Source: Macrostomum lignano
Taxonomy: Eukaryota
Assembly: GCA_002269645.1 (NCBI GenBank)
Contig: NIVC01000843.1
Span: 1-64,000, forward strand
Direction of reading: 5' to 3'
Length of the DNA: 64,000 bases
This document shows, one piece after another, positions 59,306 to 64,000 of the stretch. The notes under the pieces are model-generated. The model saw nothing but the letters and a program-made list of their open reading frames with translations, searched no databases and was not told the origin of the DNA. Position 1 is the first letter of the stretch; each line of letters begins with the position of its first letter. The translations under genes and the position numbers were made by a program.

Positions 59306-62300
59306 ATGGCAACACAATCTTCCGATGACGATGACTCCAATGCACCGCCGCCAATGAAGCGACCGCGTCAGTCTGACGCGTCATCAGCTGCTGGCAGTCT
59401 TGATGGCTTTAGTGGTCCATCTAAATCTATGATGAAGAAGATGGGTTACATATCTGGCGAGGGCTTGGGCAGGGAGCGTCAGGGTATAACCGAACCAGTG
59501 CAAGCTGTCACTATCAAAGGTCGCTCTGGTCTCGGCTTTGAGTCTGTCTCGGCTACTAGTCGACCAGAGTTTCAATGGCGAGAAGGCGACGATCCGGTTG
59601 TTGTTCGAAGACAAGTTGATTGGTTAACTGGTGGCAGGGATGCGCCGTCAGTGATTAACAATGCTGAAGAGATGAAGCTTCGCTGGATGTCAGTCGGATT
59701 AGCCAAGATGACATTGGACGATGAAACTGGATTTGTTTCGCCAGAAGTACTGACTGGAGTGCTTGAGTGTAAAACATTTCTGGATAGTATGTCTAATAAG
59801 GATCTCATGGACTCACGGTCTAGGAGTAATCCATATGAGACGGTGAGTTCTGTTTTATTTTTAATTTACCCTGATGTGAGTCACTGCCTGAAATACCCCC
59901 GTGTGTCAGTGTGAGTCACTGCCTGCAATACCCCTGTGCTTCAGTGTGAGTCACTGCCTGCAATACCCCTGTGCTTCAGTTTGAGTCACTGTCAGCAATA
60001 TCCCTGTGCTTCAGTGTGAGTCACTGCCTGCAATACCCCTGTGCTTCAGTGTGAGTCACTGCCTGCAATACCCCCGTGTGTCAGTGTGAGTCACTGCCTG
60101 CAATACCCCTGTGCTTCAGTGTGAATCACTGCCTACAATACCCCTGTGCTTCAGTGTGAGTCACTGCCTGCAATACCCCTGTGCTTCAGTGTGAGTCACT
60201 GCCTGCAATACCCCCGTGTGTCAGTGTGAGTCACTGCCTGCAATACCCATACCCCCGTGTGTCAGTGTGAGTCACTGCCTGCAATACCCATACCCCCGTG
60301 TGTCAGTGTGAGTCACTGCCTGCAATACCCATACCCCCGTGTGTCAGTGTGAGTCACTGCCTGCAATATCCCTGTGCTTCAGTGTGAGTCACTGCCTGCA
60401 ATACCCCTGTGCTTCAGTGTGAGTCACTGCCTGCAATACCCCTGTGCTTCAGTGTGAGTCACTGCCAGCAATATCCCTGTGCTTCAGTGTGAGTCACTGT
60501 ATCCAAAACTCCTGTGCTTCAGTGTGAGTCACTGTCAGCAATATCCCTGTGCTTCAGTGTGAGTCAGTGCCAGCAATATCCCTGTGCTTCAGTGTGAGTC
60601 ACTGTCAGCAATATCCCTGTGCTTCAGTGTGAGTCACTGCCTGCAATACCCCTGTGCTTCAGTGTGAGTCACTGTCAGCAATACCCCCGTGTGTCAGTGT
60701 GAGACGTGAGTCACTGCCTACAATACCCCTGTGCTTCAGTGTGAGTCACTGCCAGCAATATCCCTGTGCTTCAGTGTGGGTCACTGCCAGCAATACCCCT
60801 GTGCTTCAGTGTGGGTCACTGCCAGAAATACCCCTGTGCTTCAGTGTGGGTCACTGCCAGAAATACTGTGCTTCAGTGCGGGTCACTGCCAGAAATACTA
60901 TGCTTCAGTGCGGGTCACTGCCAGAAATACTGTGCTTCAGTGCGGGTCACTGCCTGCAATACCCCTGTGCTTCAGTGTGGGTCACTGCCAGAAATACTGT
61001 GCTTCAGTGCGGGTCACTGCCTGCAATACCCCTGTGCTTCAGTTCGGGTCACTGCCAGAAATACTGTGCTTCAGTGCGGGTCACTGCCAGAAATACTGTG
61101 CTTCAGTGCGGGTCACTGCCAGCAATACCCCTGTGCTTCAGTGTGGGTCACTGCCAGAAATACCCCTGTGCTTCAGTGTGGGTCACTGCTAGAAATACCC
61201 CTGTGCTTCAGTGTGAGTCACTGCCCGTAATACCCTATCTTCAAGCTGCGGTATATTATACCTATTGTTCAGGTAAAAAACGCCATCTTCATGAACCGAG
61301 CCGCAGTAAAAATGGCTGAAGTTGATGCAGTTCTACAATTTCGAATGTCTCAACCGTTCGATTCCGACGAGATTTTCCAATTTGCTGATATCTGCGCCGG
61401 TCCAGGTGGTTTCACAGAGTATCTGCTCTGGCGGAATCGAGCCCAGGACGGCCGAGGCCCCAGAGCTAAAGGATTCGGTTTGACGCTGAGAGGCGAATGC
61501 GATTTTCGTTTGAACGACATGCTGATGGGAGCGCCGGAGTTCTTTTATCCCTACTATGGCCCAACTGACCAGTCTCACGGCGACATCTATCTGGAAGATA
61601 ATATGCTCGGGTTTCGCGATTTGATTATGGCTAACACTGCCAATTTAGGCGTGCATCTGGTCACGGCTGATGGTGGATTCTCGGTGAGTTTGCGTCTTGT
61701 TTTAATATATTGACTTGTGAAAATAGATGATTGAGAGAATCGCCACTGATTCATTAAGAGAATCTCCCCGAGTTAATTGTGAGAATCTCCCCTGAGTTAA
61801 TTGATAGAATCTCCCCTGAGTTAATTGAGAGAATCTCCCCTGAGTTAATTGAGAGAATCTCCCCTGAGTTAATTGAGAGAATCTCCCCTGAGTTCATTGA
61901 CAGAATCTCCCCTGAGTTCATTGAGAGAATCTCCCCTGAGTTCATTGAGAGAATATCCCCTGAGTTAATTGAGAGAATCTCCCCTGAGTTAATTGAGAGA
62001 ATCTCCCCTGAGTTAATTGAGAGAATCTCCCCTGAGTTAATTGAGAGAATCTCCCCTGAGTTAATTGAGAGAATCTCCCCTGAGTTAATTGAGAGAATCT
62101 CCCCTGAGTTAATTGAGAGAATCTCCCCTGAGTTAATTGAGAGAATCTCCCCTGAGTTAATTGAGAGAATCTCCCCTGAGTTAATTGAGAGAATCTCCCC
62201 TGAGTTAATTGAGAGAATCTCCCCTGAGTTAATTGAGAGAATCTCCCCTGAGTTAATTGAGAGAATCTCCCCTGAGTTAATTGAGAGAATCTCCCCTGAG

Positions 62301-62689
62301 TTAATTGAGAGAATCTCCCCTGAGTTAATTGAGAGAATCTCCCCTGAGTTAATTGAGAGAATCTCCCCTGAGTTAATTGAGTGAATCTCCCCTGAGTTAG
62401 TTGAGAAAACCGCTGTTCTTCATGCTCTGCCTGAATCTCAATTGTGCCTGTATTTCTTCATCTGTTTGTTTCTTATGGTACGAGTACAAAGCAAGAATTT
62501 TAGAACAGTGCACTAGGCACGTGTTACTCATACCTTGTTTGTAGAGTAGTGTCTTCATTACAGGGCATTGTGTTATTATGCCCAGGCTGTGTCTGGTGTT
62601 TATCTACCTAATCTATATATCCACCTACATATCTATCTATCTATCTACATATCTATCTATCTATCTATCATTTTTCTATCTATCTATCC

Positions 62690-62738
<49 letters not shown>

Positions 62739-63938
62739 ACATCTTTCTATCTATGCATCCCTCCCAAACCAGGTGGAAGGCCAGGAGAACATTCAAGAGA
62801 TCCGCAGCAAGCAGCTTTACCTCTGCCAAGCCCTTACGGCTATGCTGGTACTTCGCTCCGGCGGCAGCTTCCTATGCAAACTATTCGACATCTTCACCGA
62901 GTTTAGTGCCGGGCTCATGTACCTGCTTTACCTGGCGTTCGATCAGTTTGCCTTGTTCAAGCCCGCCACTAGTAGGCCAGCCAACTCAGAGCGCTACGTG
63001 ATCTGTCGAGGCTACCGCAAGCAGCAATCGGAGAGTATTGTGCAATACCTGCTGCTAGTTAATGCCGAAATTAATCTATTAAAAGTTGAAGCTGTGCATT
63101 TGCCGCAGTCCGAGAGGCAAGATGTTCAGGTGAGAGTTTTATAGTAAGAATTAGCTCAGGTGAGAGAAAATTAATTCATAAGGTGTAGCAGCAGCTCATC
63201 AAAGAGTTAATTAATTGATTAGGTGTAGCGGCGGCACATCAAAGAGCTAATTAAATCTTAGAGTGTAGCGGCGGCACATCAAAGAGCTAATTAAATCTTA
63301 GGGTGTAGCGGCGGCACATCAAAGAGCTAATTAAATCTTAGGGTGTAGCGGCGGCACATCAAAGAGTTAATTAATTTATTGGGTGTAGCGGCGGCACATC
63401 AAAGAGTTAATTAATTTATTGGGTGTAGCGGCGGCACATCAAAGAGCTAATTAAATCTTAGGGTGTAGCGGCGGCACATCAAAGAGCTAATTAAATCTTA
63501 GGGTGTAGCGGCGGCACATCAAAGAGTTAATTAATTTATTGGGTGTAGCGGCGGCACATCAAAGAACTCTATATTGAGTTAATTGGTGTAGCAACGGTAC
63601 TTTAAACGATCTTACTTTAAACGATCTAAAAGATCGTTTAAATTAACTGATTGAGTGTAGCGGCGGCACATCAAAGAGTTAATTAATTGATTGGGTGTAG
63701 CGGCGGCACATCAAAGAGTTTATTAACTGATTGGGTGTAGCGGCGGCACATCAAAGAGTTTAGGCCACTAAAAGATCATTTTAAATCCGTTCCCTACTAG
63801 GGCCTCGTTTCGCTGGACGTGCTCAAAGCTGACCGAGCATTTTCTGACTACTTGACCGAATCTAACGATACTCTTGGCCGAATGCAAATCGTTGGATTAT
63901 CCAAGATACATCATTTCTACGATAATCCAGGCATGAAG
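59306..63938 (+). CDS. CMTR1: Cap-specific mRNA (nucleoside-2'-O-)-methyltransferase 1, 5' part. Exons 59306-59842, 61273-61683, 62773-63129, 63801-63938; continues beyond the window
   Basis: G-patch (MMKKMGY..GEGLGR..QG), [28 protein letters not shown]|VEGQEN, CKLFD and [13 protein letters not shown]. All introns are phase 0 and in frame. Confidence 0.95.
59870..61230. repeat. 35-bp minisatellite filling CMTR1 intron 1
   Basis: Unit CCCCTGTGCTTCAGTGTGAGTCACTGCCTGCAATA. Confidence 0.95.
61750..62410. repeat. 24-bp highly homogeneous minisatellite in CMTR1 intron 2
   Basis: ISPELIER 8-aa pseudo-ORF. Confidence 0.97.
62625..62755. repeat. (TATC)n microsatellite next to a CMTR1 acceptor
   Basis: Seen directly. 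Confidence 0.95.
63180..63770. repeat. 40-bp minisatellite in CMTR1 intron 3
   Basis: Unit GGGTGTAGCGGCGGCACATCAAAGAGCTAATTAAATCTTA. Confidence 0.95.
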
Positions 63939-64000
63939 GTAAGTTAAAAGGATTAAGCGAATAAGTATTATTGTTTACAAATATTCAAACCCGAAGGTCT

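Noticed and set aside
50-63770. Long ORFs with short periodicity (e.g. 15288-15914, 17160-17798, 40927-41689, 53208-54434, 60654-61319, 61779-62384)
   Set aside because: They are translations of tandem repeats lying in introns or spacers of genes defined by conserved motifs.
27715-63770. Tandem arrays as possible CRISPR arrays
   Set aside because: Units are contiguous with no unique spacers, the context is eukaryotic, and no cas genes are present.
1-64000. Spliced-leader RNA gene
   Set aside because: No SL exon ending in ATG|GT followed by an Sm site was found.

Overview
Gene-dense, minisatellite-rich animal genomic DNA with spliceosomal introns. The style (GC-rich exons with poly-Q/poly-A tracts, several intronless genes, a different tandem array in most introns) suggests a flatworm such as Macrostomum; this is an inference. 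Genes reconstructed by hand from splice sites: neurabin/spinophilin-like (3' part), ZFC3H1-like, ASTE1-like PIN nuclease, CNEP1R1, SRSF4/5/6-like, AQP11/12-type superaquaporin, RPS7, a stand-alone ALK/LTK-type glycine-rich-domain gene (frameshifted), a Y_phosphatase3 (IphP/MptpB-type) phosphatase, and CMTR1 (5' part). Mobile DNA: a 7.57-kb Mutator-like element with TIRs and an 8-bp TSD carrying a PHD finger and a truncated transposase, two tRNA-SINE families, RTE-like LINE fragments and several MITE/fold-back elements. Best leads: (1) intronic minisatellites whose units look like amplified splice junctions or mini-introns in the sense orientation; (2) an aquaporin first exon with no ATG that would be completed by a spliced-leader AUG, just downstream of RPS7; (3) the PHD-MULE element; (4) a microbial-type phosphatase with a GC-AG intron. 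Several conserved genes carry single-base frameshifts that may be long-read errors.
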